From positions 504,654 through 568,653 of the forward strand of contig JBMNHG010000002.1 in NCBI GenBank assembly GCA_050950285.1: a stretch of DNA of 64,000 bases, given 5' to 3'. Positions 34,755-44,507 of this stretch are shown here, one piece after another (positions within the stretch are counted from its first letter, which is position 1; every line of letters begins with the position of its first letter). The stretch is from Kiritimatiellia bacterium (GTDB lineage: Bacteria > Verrucomicrobiota > Kiritimatiellia > RFP12 > JBMNHG01). A model generated the notes under the pieces. It had not been told where the DNA came from. It did no database searches and worked only from the letters and a program-made list of their open reading frames with translations. A program made the translations under genes and the position numbers.

Positions 34755-37700
34755 CTAGCGGAGGAGGATCAGCGTGCCGGCTTCAGGCGGGATGCCAACG
34801 TAGGTGTCGCCCCGGAAGACGTACACCTTCACCTTCGAGATGTCCACGTCCTCGGCGGCGGTCACCGTGATCTTGTTGGCGGCGAGCAGCTCCTCCACGT
34901 ACGTTTCGCGGCTCCCTTCGAAGCAGATGCCCGAATAGGGTTTGGCCTGCATGGGGGCGGCGTAGTGGAGATGGAGGACGCCGTTGTTGCCGAAGGCGGG
35001 CGTGACATCCCCGGCGAAGCGGAGGCCGGCGGACGTGCCGTCGAGCACTGTCGTAACGGTTGCCGCATTGTCGCCGTTGCCGATTGCGGCGGCGGAATCC
35101 ACCTGCATTTCGGTGCCATGAAGGGTGAGGGTGGCCGCGCCGTTCTGGCCGATCTGGAAGATGTCGCAACGGACGCGGCCGGCGGGGAGCGTCGCTTCGC
35201 CGTAGGATCCGGAGAAGCCGCCCGTGCCGATGGTGAAGGTCTGGGCGTCGAGGTCGATTCCGTCCATCGCGGCGAGCCGCAGGTAGCCGGGCATGCCGTG
35301 TCCGACGACGAATTCGTCGAGCCAGCCGGCGAAGGTGCCGCCGGAGGAGGCTTCGAGAAGACCGCTGTCCCCACCCCAGTTGCTCCAGCCGACGTAGACG
35401 TTTCCGCGCGATTCGGCGGATGTGCCGATGTCGAACGAGACGTTTGCGGGAAGCTTCCAATCGGCGTCGGGGTCGCCGAAGCGGCAGTGGCCGATGCGGT
35501 GGCCGAAGCTCACGAGGAAGGTCCCGGGCACGACGATGTTCGTGACGCCCGTATCCGGCCCGAAGGCGAACTGGCCAACCGAGCGGGCCTGCGTCTCGTA
35601 GTGGCCGTAGCCGGCGAGCAGGTTCTCCGCGCGGAGGATGCCACCCTTCACGGTGGCGCCGCGGATGTCGAGCGTGGCGCAACCACCGGCGCCGCCCTGG
35701 CAGGTGGGGAGGCAGAGGGTGCCGAAATCGGCGTCGACGACCGTGTTGGTGAGGGTCAAACGGCTCCATCGCGAAGCGTCGCCAAGGGCTGCGGTCGGAC
35801 TGTCCACGAGAAGCCCGCCCTTGGCGAACTTCAGGGTGCCGCCGGCGACGATGGCGGAGGAGCTGGCATCCTTGCTGCCGACGGTGAAGTAGCCCTCGGA
35901 GGGAAGCGCCTCGTGGTACGTGTTGGCGAGCGCGGCCCAGTTGTTGGCGGCGAGCGTGGCCGAATAGGCATGATTCGTGACGGTGAGCGTCTTCCCGTCA
36001 AGGTCGAAGAGATACGTCCCGGAGGTGTTCTGCACGAAGATGCCACCCACCTGGCGATCGCGGTCGACGCGGTTCGTGGTCTGCGATGCGTCGGGGAAGA
36101 GAAGCGTGGCGGGCGTCTCGGCGGCCGGTCCGCCGGTGGCTGGCGACCAGTTGCCCGACCAGCGCCAATCCGGACGATAGTGATGGGCGAGCGAAGCGTC
36201 GCCGGTCCAGGAAAGCGCCGCGGTCGAACGCGGGCGGAGCGGCCTTACCGTGAGTTCCGACACCGCCTCGGTGGAACCCATGTCCTGCGAGGTGTAGGTG
36301 AGGGTGTTCGACACCAGGAGCGGAAGGTCGTCTGCGGCGAGGGTGATCGGGGGGAGCGTCACGATGGAGGGATTCCCCGGCGTCTGGTCCATGGGGCCGG
36401 TGAAGGTAATCGTCATGCCCTCCTGCTCGGGCGAGAGGTCGACATCCCGCACATCGATCGTGAACACGGTGGAGGTATCGGGATCGACCTCCACGTCGAG
36501 GGGGCGGGTCACGACGGTCGGCGCCCAAAGGCCGCTGGCGCGATGGGCGATGTAGGTGAAGCCGGCGTCCGCGTCGTAGTAGATGTTTGCGGAGCCGGGG
36601 ATTTGCGTGTCATCGATCACGATCTTGCCGGCCTGCCGGAGCTGGGCGAGGGAGACGCTGTGGTCGCCGGCGATGCGGAATCCCCAATAGACGCCGTTCG
36701 TGCCTTGGCTGGCGTCGGGTTGCGCGAAGACCACGTGCAACTTGCCCTGAAGGGTGAAGGGCGCGCCCTCGGCGATGTCGAGGCCGCAGGACGTGCCTTG
36801 GACCAGGTTCGAGACCACGCCGCAGCTGCCGACCGAAAGGGTGTTGTTGATGACGGCGATCGTTCCGTCCAGAAGCAGTTCGCCGGACCCGTAGTTGGAG
36901 CCGAGCGTGATGGGGCCGTTGAAGGTCGCGACACCGGGGGGCAGGGCGAGGCGGCCCGTGCCGACGCACGTGGAGCTGCCGCTGGAGCCGATGGTGACCG
37001 CGCCGGACACGTCCATCCAAACGCTGTCCAGGGTGTCCAGGTAGAGGGCGCCCCAGGCCGTGCCATCTGCGCCGCCAGGCTTGTTGCCGAGATGGATGCT
37101 GCTGACCCAGGCGGTGCAGTCGCCGCCGTCGCCGGCCGCAAAGTGCCCGTAGGTGGGCCAATAGCCGGCATGGCCGATGGAAATCGCGGCGCGCCGCGAA
37201 GCATCGACGCCAAACTTCACGTCGGTGCCTGCCGGGAGCGGCGCGGTGCCGTTGCCGTCGCGCTGGCCGATCCAGGATGTGTTCTGCTCGTTGTAGGCGA
37301 GCTGCAGGTTGTCGAGCGCCTCGAAGGAGGTCAATGCCGGACCGAAGAGGAGTTCGATGTTCGAGCGGAAGTGGCTGCCGTGGCCTTCGATGCCGAGCCG
37401 GACCTGATGGGCGCGGAAGACGCCGATCTCGTCGCCGCAACGCATCTGCGAAACGTTCCGGAAGTCAATCTGGCCCCAGCCGCCGCGGCCTTGCCCGAGA
37501 AGCAATTCGCCGATATGGCCGTCGAACACCGTGTTGGTGCCGAAGACGAGTCGAGCGTAGTAGTAATCGTCCCAGGAACGGCCGAAGAGAATCTCGGCGA
37601 CCGCATCGGCAGTGCCCACGCGGAAGGTGCCATTCGAGATGACGAGGGTGTTGAGACCGTGGTTGGCGTCACGCCCGGAACCGTCGGGAAGGTTCCAATA

Positions 37701-38030
37701 CTGTTGCATGTGCAACTGGGAGGCGACCGTGAGCGCATGGCCCCCCAAGTCGAGCGTATGCACATAGTCGTCGGTGCGCCCGACAATCGGATTGCGCGAG
37801 TAAAGGCCGGTGATGGTGCGATCCGTGTCGAGGACGATCAATCCTCCCTGGTCGTTGTCCTCGAAGAGGGCGATGTCGCCCGTGTAGCCGGGTGGAATGC
37901 CGCTGTCCCAGTTCGCACCGGTTGCCCAGGATGTCCCTGCACCTCCGATCCATTCGATTTCCCCCGCAAACGCGGCAGAAAGAGCCAGCGTACCCGCCAG
38001 CAACGACAGAGCCCATGGTTTCGATTTCAT
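34755..38030 (-). CDS. Secreted autotransporter-associated beta-strand-repeat protein (~1091 aa), C-terminal GTLILLR tail
   Basis: Signal peptide MKSKPWALSLLAGTLALSAAFA. PATR-type motifs (WIGGAGTSWATGANWDSGIPPG). Ends EAGTLILLR*. The antisense plus-strand ORF 34605..38054 is compositional noise. Confidence 0.75.
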   Translation of the reverse strand: MKSKPWALSLLAGTLALSAAFAGEIEWIGGAGTSWATGANWDSGIPPGYTGDIALFEDNDQGGLIVLDTDRTITGLYSRNPIVGRTDDYVHTLDLGGHALTVASQLHMQQYWNLPDGSGRDANHGLNTLVISNGTFRVGTADAVAEILFGRSWDDYYYARLVFGTNTVFDGHIGELLLGQGRGGWGQIDFRNVSQMRCGDEIGVFRAHQVRLGIEGHGSHFRSNIELLFGPALTSFEALDNLQLAYNEQNTSWIGQRDGNGTAPLPAGTDVKFGVDASRRAAISIGHAGYWPTYGHFAAGDGGDCTAWVSSIHLGNKPGGADGTAWGALYLDTLDSVWMDVSGAVTIGSSGSSTCVGTGRLALPPGVATFNGPITLGSNYGSGELLLDGTIAVINNTLSVGSCGVVSNLVQGTSCGLDIAEGAPFTLQGKLHVVFAQPDASQGTNGVYWGFRIAGDHSVSLAQLRQAGKIVIDDTQIPGSANIYYDADAGFTYIAHRASGLWAPTVVTRPLDVEVDPDTSTVFTIDVRDVDLSPEQEGMTITFTGPMDQTPGNPSIVTLPPITLAADDLPLLVSNTLTYTSQDMGSTEAVSELTVRPLRPRSTAALSWTGDASLAHHYRPDWRWSGNWSPATGGPAAETPATLLFPDASQTTNRVDRDRQVGGIFVQNTSGTYLFDLDGKTLTVTNHAYSATLAANNWAALANTYHEALPSEGYFTVGSKDASSSAIVAGGTLKFAKGGLLVDSPTAALGDASRWSRLTLTNTVVDADFGTLCLPTCQGGAGGCATLDIRGATVKGGILRAENLLAGYGHYETQARSVGQFAFGPDTGVTNIVVPGTFLVSFGHRIGHCRFGDPDADWKLPANVSFDIGTSAESRGNVYVGWSNWGGDSGLLEASSGGTFAGWLDEFVVGHGMPGYLRLAAMDGIDLDAQTFTIGTGGFSGSYGEATLPAGRVRCDIFQIGQNGAATLTLHGTEMQVDSAAAIGNGDNAATVTTVLDGTSAGLRFAGDVTPAFGNNGVLHLHYAAPMQAKPYSGICFEGSRETYVEELLAANKITVTAAEDVDISKVKVYVFRGDTYVGIPPEAGTLILLR

Positions 38031-38290
38031 CGGATCCTCTCCTCGCCATCGTAATTGCCGCATGCGCCGACACGCGACACGTCGTACGAATACAGCAACC
38101 ATAACAGAAGGAGAAATCGGAAGCAATCCCGAAATCGCGAAATCGCGAAATTTCCTGCGCCCCCTTTCCGTTGGACGATTTGGCGTTGATGACACCCCGA
38201 AAAGACGGTATGATCTCCTCATTGTCGAGTTTACGACCTGGCATCCACCGCCAGCCTGATTCATTCGTCTGATCTGAAAGGAACATCCCC

Positions 38291-39094
38291 ATGGCCCTGC
38301 CTCTCTCCGTCCAGCTCTACTCCGTCCGCGACTACTGCGAGAAGGATTTCATCGGAACCCTCAAGAAGATTGCCGACATCGGCTTCAAGGGCGTCGAACC
38401 CGCCGGCTTCTGGAACGTCCGCCCCTCCGAGCTGAAGAAGATCGTCGAAGATCTCGGAATGACGATCTGCTCCTCGCACTCTCCTTGGGCCAACCCCGGC
38501 AATCTCGGCGAGGCCATGGACATCGCCGCCACCCTCGGCCTCGACACCGTCACCTGCGGCTACGGCCCCGAGGCGTTCCAGGATCTCGATGCCATCCAGA
38601 AGACCGCCGAACAGGTCCGCTTCATGCAGGAGCTTCTCGCCCGCAACGGCTTCACGCTCTTCCAGCACAACCACTTCTGGGAGTTCGAACGCATCGACGG
38701 GAAGCTCAAATACGAGATCTACCGCGAACTCTGCCCCAACGTGAAGTTCGAGATGGACTGCTTCTGGTCCACCAACAAGGGCCAGGAGTGCGCGGTCGAG
38801 ATGCTCAAGACCTTCCTCGACAGCACCATCCTGCTTCACATGAAGGACGGCATCTGCCGCCAGCAGGCCTCGAACGAAGGCATGAAGCACGGCCTGATCG
38901 ACATGAAGATCGACCTTCTCCCGCTCGGCACGGGCGACCTTCCCATCCCCGAACTCATCGCCGTCGCTTCGACCCAACCGGCCATCCGGACCGTGATCGT
39001 CGAACTCGACTACTGCGAGATCGAGATGTTCGAGGCCCTCTCCCGCAGCTATGCGTACATGACCGAAAACGGTCTTGCCGTCGGCAACAAGTAG
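38291..39094 (+). CDS. Sugar phosphate isomerase/epimerase (xylose-isomerase-like TIM barrel)
   Basis: Typical family sequence features (MALPLSVQLYSVRD..., FKGVE..., internal His/Glu/Asp metal-ligand pattern). 267 aa. Confidence 0.7.
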   Translation: MALPLSVQLYSVRDYCEKDFIGTLKKIADIGFKGVEPAGFWNVRPSELKKIVEDLGMTICSSHSPWANPGNLGEAMDIAATLGLDTVTCGYGPEAFQDLDAIQKTAEQVRFMQELLARNGFTLFQHNHFWEFERIDGKLKYEIYRELCPNVKFEMDCFWSTNKGQECAVEMLKTFLDSTILLHMKDGICRQQASNEGMKHGLIDMKIDLLPLGTGDLPIPELIAVASTQPAIRTVIVELDYCEIEMFEALSRSYAYMTENGLAVGNK

Positions 39095-39190
39095 CCCCTT
39101 GCGCGGCGCGCCGGATTTTCCGGCGCCCGCGCTCCCGCCCGTCAACCGCCCCGTCGGTTCGCGATTCCACAGTCCATCACGGAGGATGTC

Positions 39191-39400
39191 ATGTCGGTAG
39201 GTTTCACGGAAGTTCTTTTGATCGTGATCGTCGTGCTGCTCCTCTTCGGCGCGAAACGCATCCCGGAAATCGCCAAGGCGATCGGCCGTGCGAGCGTCGA
39301 GTACAAGAAGGCGAAAAACGCGTTGCAGCAGGAGGGCAAGGAACTCCTCAAGGACGCCGAGAAGGCTGCCGAAGCCGAATCGGACCGCCGCGAGACCTGA
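39191..39400 (+). CDS. tatA: Twin-arginine translocase subunit TatA
   Basis: 69 aa. Single N-terminal TM + amphipathic helix. Motif LLIVIVVLLLFGAKRIPEIAKAIGRASVEYKKA (FG-KR-LPE ... KKA) is classic TatA/E. Confidence 0.9.
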   Translation: MSVGFTEVLLIVIVVLLLFGAKRIPEIAKAIGRASVEYKKAKNALQQEGKELLKDAEKAAEAESDRRET

Positions 39401-39510
39401 TGCTCCCCGGCGTTCGATGCATGGCGGGCCTGCCGTTGCGGGGCCTTCGCCCCACGCATGCCGTGCGGCATCGTTTCGCACCCCCGCCCCTGGAGGAACC
39501 GCATCGTCCC

Positions 39511-40248
39511 ATGTCCGACGACCGCGCAGTGGATTCGTCCGAGAGCTCCCTGCTCGCCCATCTGGAGGCGCTCCGCCGCGTGCTGTTGCGCATCCTGGCG
39601 GGCACGGCGATCCTCTATCCGTTCGCCTATCTCGCCGCCCCGCGCCTCATCCGCCTGATGGTGGGATGGTCGTTCCCGGACGGCGGCGGGGCCCTCTACT
39701 ACTTCGAGCCGATGGAGGTCTTCCTCATCCAGCTGAAACTCGCCTTTGCGGTATCGCTCGCCGCGGCCTTCCCGTGGAACATGGCGCAGATCTGGGGCTT
39801 CCTCGTGCCGGCGCTCTACCCCGGCGAACGGCGCGCCCTGGGCTGGTGGATCGTCTTCTCCTCGATCCTCTTCTTCGCCGGCGTGGTCTTCTGCGCACTG
39901 TTCGTGCTGCCGCTGCTCATGCGGTTTTCGATGAGCTTCTCCTCCGCGAGCGTGCGTCCGATGCTGGGACTGGGCGCCTTCCTGGGCCTCGCCGGATGGC
40001 TGTCGCTCTCCTTCGGCGTCGTCTTCCAGGCGCCTCTCGCCGTGATGCTCGCCGTGCGCTTCCACGTGGTGCGCGCCGCCACCCTCGCCCGCTCCCGCCC
40101 GTACGTGATGGTCGCCATCCTCGTGATCGCCGCCATCCTCACCCCGCCGGACGTCGTGAGCCAGCTCCTGCTCGCCGTCCCCACCTGGCTCCTCTTTGAA
40201 GTCGGACTCTTCTTCGCAACCCGCATCGAAAGGAACAACACACCATGA
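39511..40248 (+). CDS. tatC: Twin-arginine translocase subunit TatC
   Basis: Six TM helices. Conserved LTPPDVVSQ motif. RBS GGAGG 13 nt upstream. Stop overlaps the next gene's start. Confidence 0.85.
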   Translation: MSDDRAVDSSESSLLAHLEALRRVLLRILAGTAILYPFAYLAAPRLIRLMVGWSFPDGGGALYYFEPMEVFLIQLKLAFAVSLAAAFPWNMAQIWGFLVPALYPGERRALGWWIVFSSILFFAGVVFCALFVLPLLMRFSMSFSSASVRPMLGLGAFLGLAGWLSLSFGVVFQAPLAVMLAVRFHVVRAATLARSRPYVMVAILVIAAILTPPDVVSQLLLAVPTWLLFEVGLFFATRIERNNTP

Positions 40249-41510
40249 ACCGCCGTGAATTCATCAAAGGCGCCCTCGCCGTGGCCGCCCTTGCCCCCGT
40301 CACCCGCCTTTCCGCGGTAGCGGACGACGCCGCGGACGCCCCTGCGGACGCCCCCGCCGCGCCCGGTTCCGCGGAAAAGGTGACCCGCCGCCCCTTCCGC
40401 GACACCGGCATCACCCTCCCGCTCCTCGGCTTCGGCATGATGCGCCTCCCGCGCGTCAACCCCGGGTCGAAGGCCCCCGACATCGACTACGCCACCACGC
40501 AGAAGATGTTCGACCGCGCCATGGCCGCCGGCGTGAACTACTTCGACACCGCCTACTTCTACCACGGCGGCCTCAGCGAGAAGTGCGCGGGCGACCTCCT
40601 CGCCCGCTACCCGCGCGACTCGTACTTCCTCGCGGACAAGATGCCCATCGGCATCCCGAAGACGGAGGAGGACGTGGCCCGCATCTTCGAGGAACAGCTC
40701 GACCGCACAAAGGCCGGCCACTTCGACTTCTATCTCGTGCACGGCATCAACGGCCCGAAGTGGGAGGAGGCGAAGAAGCTCCGCGTGTACGAATTCATGG
40801 AGAAGATGCGCGACGCCGGAAAGATCCGCTTCCTCGGCTTCTCCTTCCATGGCTCGCCCGAGGAACTGCAGAAGATCGTCGATGAACGTCCCTGGGACTT
40901 CGTCCAGATCCAGCTCAACTACATCGACTGGGAGGCGCAGCGCGCCCGCGAGCAATACGGGATCCTCACCAAGGCCGACATCCCCGTCGTCGTGATGGAA
41001 CCCATCCGCGGCGGCGCCCTCGCCGGGCTCAACCCCCAGGCCGTCCAGACCCTGAAGAGCGCCAACCCCGACGCCTCCCCCGCCTCCTGGGCGTTGCGCT
41101 ACGTGGGATCGCTGCCCAACGTGGTGGTCATCCTGAGCGGGATGTCCCTCCCCGAACACGTCGAGGACAACATCCGCACCTTCTCGCCCTTCCAGCCGCT
41201 CACCGATGCCGAACGCAGGACGCTCGCCCTCGCCGCGGGCGCCTACCAGGGCAAGCTCGCCATCCCCTGCACCGGATGCCGCTACTGCATGCCCTGCGGC
41301 GCGGGCGTGGACATCCCCGCCATCTTCGCCCTCGCCAACGAAGCGAAGCTCACCGGCGACGCGGACGCCTTCCGCAAGGCCTACGCGGAACTGCCCGAGG
41401 AGGCCCGTGCCTCCGAGTGCGTGCGCTGCCACGGATGCGAGAGGAAGTGCCCGCAACAGATCGCCATCGTCGACGAACTCGCCAAGATCGCGAAGGAAGT
41501 CGAGCCCTAG
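40245..41510 (+). CDS. Tat-exported aldo/keto reductase with C-terminal 4Fe-4S ferredoxin-like domain
   Basis: Twin-arginine signal MNRREFIKGALAVAALAPV...AVADDA. AKR core (GVNYFDTAYFYHGG ... FLGFSFHG). C-terminal Cys clusters CTGCRYCMPCGAG ... CVRCHGCERKCPQQ. Confidence 0.8.
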   Translation: MNRREFIKGALAVAALAPVTRLSAVADDAADAPADAPAAPGSAEKVTRRPFRDTGITLPLLGFGMMRLPRVNPGSKAPDIDYATTQKMFDRAMAAGVNYFDTAYFYHGGLSEKCAGDLLARYPRDSYFLADKMPIGIPKTEEDVARIFEEQLDRTKAGHFDFYLVHGINGPKWEEAKKLRVYEFMEKMRDAGKIRFLGFSFHGSPEELQKIVDERPWDFVQIQLNYIDWEAQRAREQYGILTKADIPVVVMEPIRGGALAGLNPQAVQTLKSANPDASPASWALRYVGSLPNVVVILSGMSLPEHVEDNIRTFSPFQPLTDAERRTLALAAGAYQGKLAIPCTGCRYCMPCGAGVDIPAIFALANEAKLTGDADAFRKAYAELPEEARASECVRCHGCERKCPQQIAIVDELAKIAKEVEP

Positions 41511-41528
41511 CCGCCCGAAGCCGCCGCC

Positions 41529-43541
41529 ATGGAGAACGACCTTCCTCCCCTGGAGCAGATGCGCCGCTGGGTGGCGCGTCTGAACGAAGCCGCGGCCGCC
41601 TACTACGGCGGTCGCGGCGAACTCATGTCCGACTTCGAGTGGGACGCCCTCTTCGACCGTCTCAAGGAGCTCGAGGCCGCCACCGGCGTCGTGCTCCCCG
41701 ACAGCCCCACGAACTCCGTCTTCGGCGACGTCGACGCCGCCGCCGGGCAGAAGGAGCCGCACGAGTTCGCCGCGCTCTCGCTCGCCAAGACCAAAAGCGT
41801 CGATGCGGTCGCCACGTGGGCGGAAGGCCGCCCCGTCTGGATCTCCTGGAAGCTCGATGGCCTCACCCTCGTGGCCACCTACGACGGCGGAAAACTCTCG
41901 AAGCTCCTCACCCGGGGCGACGGCCACGTCGGCACGAACATCACCCGCCTCGCCCGGGGCATCCTCGGCATCCCGCCCACCGTGAAGGAGTCCGGCCACC
42001 TCGTGGTGCGCGGCGAGGCCGTGATCTCCTACGCCGACTTCGAGGCCTTCGTGGCCGGAAGCTCCGAGGACTACGCGAACCCGCGCAATCTCGCCTCCGG
42101 CTCGCTGTCGCTCAAGGATGTGGGCGAGCTGCGCCAGCGCCGCCTCCAATGGATCCCTTTCACCCTGGTGCACGCGGACCGCGACATCGCCTCGTGGGGC
42201 GAGCGCCTGGACTACCTGCGCGACATCGGCTTGAACCCCATCGAGCGCGAGCGCGTCGATTCGCCGGACGCCGCCACCCTCCGGAAGGCCATCGACCGCT
42301 GGACGGAGAAGGTCGCCGGGAAAACGAACCCCTTCCCCGTGGACGGCCTGGTGATCACCTACGACGATACGGCCTACGCCCGCACCGGAAGCGTTACCGG
42401 ACGCCATGCCACGCGCGCGGGCCTCGCCTTCAAGTGGCAGGACGAAACCGCCGCCACCGTCCTCGAACACATCGAATGGTCTTGCGCCGTCGCCTCCATC
42501 TCGCCCATCGCCGTCTTCCGCCCCGTGCAGCTCGAAGGCACCACCGTCCAGCGCGCCTCGCTTGTCAACATCTCGGAGTGCGAGCGCCTCGGCGTCGGCG
42601 GGCCCGGCACCGAACTCTCCGTCATCAAGTCGAACAAGATCATCCCGAAGGTCGTCGAGGTCACGAAGACCGTCGGAACGCTCGACATCCCCGAAGCCTG
42701 CCCTGTCTGCGAGGCGCCGACCGCGGTGAACGAAGCGGAGAGCGGCACGAAGACGCTCCGGTGCACCAACCCGCACTGCCCGGCCCGCGAACTGCGGAAG
42801 TTCATCCGCTTTGCCTCGAAGGACGGCATGGACATCGACGGCCTGGGCGGCGAGACGCTCGCGAAATTCGTGAACAAGGGCTGGATCCGGACCTTCGCGG
42901 ACATCTACCGCCTCGGAGCCCGCAGGGAGGAAATCGCCGCGATGGAGGGGTTCGGGGCGAAGTCCGCCCTCAACCTCGCCGAAGCCATCGAGGAGGCGCG
43001 CGCGCGGCCCGCCCCGCGCTTCCTCGTGGCCCTCTCCATCCCCCTCTGCGGCATCGACGTGGCCCAACGCCTGCTGGGCGCCTACGGCGACGTGGAGACG
43101 CTCTTCGCCAAGGCCGCCGACGCCGTGCGATCCGCCGACCTCTTCGATTCGGGCGAGGAGGTCTTTGCCGACATCGACGGCATCGGCCCCGGAAAGTCCG
43201 CCGCCTTCGTCCGCTGGTGCGCCGATCCGGCGAACCTCGCGCAAGTCGAGGATCTGCTGGGCGAGGTGACCCTCGAACCCTACACGCCCGCCACGACCGG
43301 AGGCGCGTGCGGCGGGCTCACCTTCGTGATCACGGGAGACGTCCGCCACTGGGCCAATCGCGCCGGACTCCAGGCCTACATCGAGCAGGCCGGCGGAAAG
43401 GTCGCGGGAAGCGTGTCCAAGTCCACGGACTTCCTGATCAACAACGACCTCGCGTCCACGTCGGGCAAGAACAAGAAGGCCCGGGAACTCGGCATCCCCG
43501 TCCTGTCCGAAGAGGACTTCCTCGCCCGCTTTGGCGGGTGA
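41529..43541 (+). CDS. ligA: NAD-dependent DNA ligase LigA
   Basis: Adenylation motif WKLDGL (KxDG). OB/Zn/HhH architecture. C-terminal BRCT (LTFVITGDV ... FLINNDLASTSGKNKKARELGIPVLSEEDFL). 670 aa. Confidence 0.9.
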   Translation: MENDLPPLEQMRRWVARLNEAAAAYYGGRGELMSDFEWDALFDRLKELEAATGVVLPDSPTNSVFGDVDAAAGQKEPHEFAALSLAKTKSVDAVATWAEGRPVWISWKLDGLTLVATYDGGKLSKLLTRGDGHVGTNITRLARGILGIPPTVKESGHLVVRGEAVISYADFEAFVAGSSEDYANPRNLASGSLSLKDVGELRQRRLQWIPFTLVHADRDIASWGERLDYLRDIGLNPIERERVDSPDAATLRKAIDRWTEKVAGKTNPFPVDGLVITYDDTAYARTGSVTGRHATRAGLAFKWQDETAATVLEHIEWSCAVASISPIAVFRPVQLEGTTVQRASLVNISECERLGVGGPGTELSVIKSNKIIPKVVEVTKTVGTLDIPEACPVCEAPTAVNEAESGTKTLRCTNPHCPARELRKFIRFASKDGMDIDGLGGETLAKFVNKGWIRTFADIYRLGARREEIAAMEGFGAKSALNLAEAIEEARARPAPRFLVALSIPLCGIDVAQRLLGAYGDVETLFAKAADAVRSADLFDSGEEVFADIDGIGPGKSAAFVRWCADPANLAQVEDLLGEVTLEPYTPATTGGACGGLTFVITGDVRHWANRAGLQAYIEQAGGKVAGSVSKSTDFLINNDLASTSGKNKKARELGIPVLSEEDFLARFGG

Positions 43542-43547
43542 GTCCGG

Positions 43548-44447
43548 CTAGACCATCCGCTGGAGGTTCTCGAGCGCGGCGATGCGGTCTTCCAGCGCAG
43601 GGTGCGACGCGAAGAGCGAGGTCTTGCGCTTCCCGCTGATGCCCATCGCCTTGAGCGAGTCGGGCAGGACGCCCGGCTGGAGGTTCCCGAGACGGCGCAG
43701 CGCCGCAATCATCGAACTGGGCGTGCCCAGCAATTTCGCGCTCCCCGCGTCGGCCGCATACTCGCGGTGACGGGAGAAGCCCATCGCGACAACCGACGCC
43801 AGGATGCCGAAGACCATCTGGCAGACGAATTTGGTGAGATAGAAGCCGATGCCGGACGACCGGCGGCGGTCTTTGCCGCCGGAAAGCGCATTGTCCACCA
43901 AAAATCCAACCACGTACGAGAGGAAGATCACGAACGCGTTCAGGACGCCTTGCAACAGGGACATGGTGACCATGTCGCCATTGACCACGTGGGAGATCTC
44001 ATGGCCGAGCACCGCGCGAAGCTCTTCGCGGTTCATTTGTTCCATGATGCCGGTGGAGACCGCCACAAGCGCGGAATTTTTGAAGGCCCCCGTGGCGAAG
44101 GCGTTGGGCGCGCCGGGGTAGACGGCCACCTCGGGCATCTTGATTCCGGAGCGTTCGGAGAGGTCGCGCACGGTCTGCACGAGCCAGGCGGTCGAAGCGT
44201 TTTCGGTCCCGTCCACGGTCTGCGCCCCGACGGAGAGCTTCGCCATCGGCTTCGAGACCAGGAGCGAGAAGATCGACCCGCCGATGCCGAAGACCAGCGC
44301 GAAGACGGCGAGCGATTGGTAGTTGATGCCATAGCGGCCCAGCGCGGCTTCGTTGATGCCGAAGAGGTGGCATATGACGGAAAAAGCCACCATCAGCACG
44401 ATCATCACGGCGAAGTTCGTGAGAAGGAAGAGGACGATGCGTTTCAT
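43548..44447 (-). CDS. htpX: Zinc metalloprotease HtpX
   Basis: HEISH zinc-binding motif (LGHEISHVVNGD). Four TM segments. ~299 aa. Family-typical N-terminus. Confidence 0.85.
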   Translation of the reverse strand: MKRIVLFLLTNFAVMIVLMVAFSVICHLFGINEAALGRYGINYQSLAVFALVFGIGGSIFSLLVSKPMAKLSVGAQTVDGTENASTAWLVQTVRDLSERSGIKMPEVAVYPGAPNAFATGAFKNSALVAVSTGIMEQMNREELRAVLGHEISHVVNGDMVTMSLLQGVLNAFVIFLSYVVGFLVDNALSGGKDRRRSSGIGFYLTKFVCQMVFGILASVVAMGFSRHREYAADAGSAKLLGTPSSMIAALRRLGNLQPGVLPDSLKAMGISGKRKTSLFASHPALEDRIAALENLQRMV

Positions 44448-44507
44448 GGGCGAGTCTCCGTTTTTTGGGGGGTGAATGAAGAAAAAAGGGTGGAGGCGGA
44501 GGGTGGG

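Noticed and set aside
34605-38054. 1149-aa plus-strand ORF opposite the PATR-repeat gene
   Set aside because: Antisense artefact; the minus strand encodes a signal peptide, PATR motifs and the conserved C-terminal tail.
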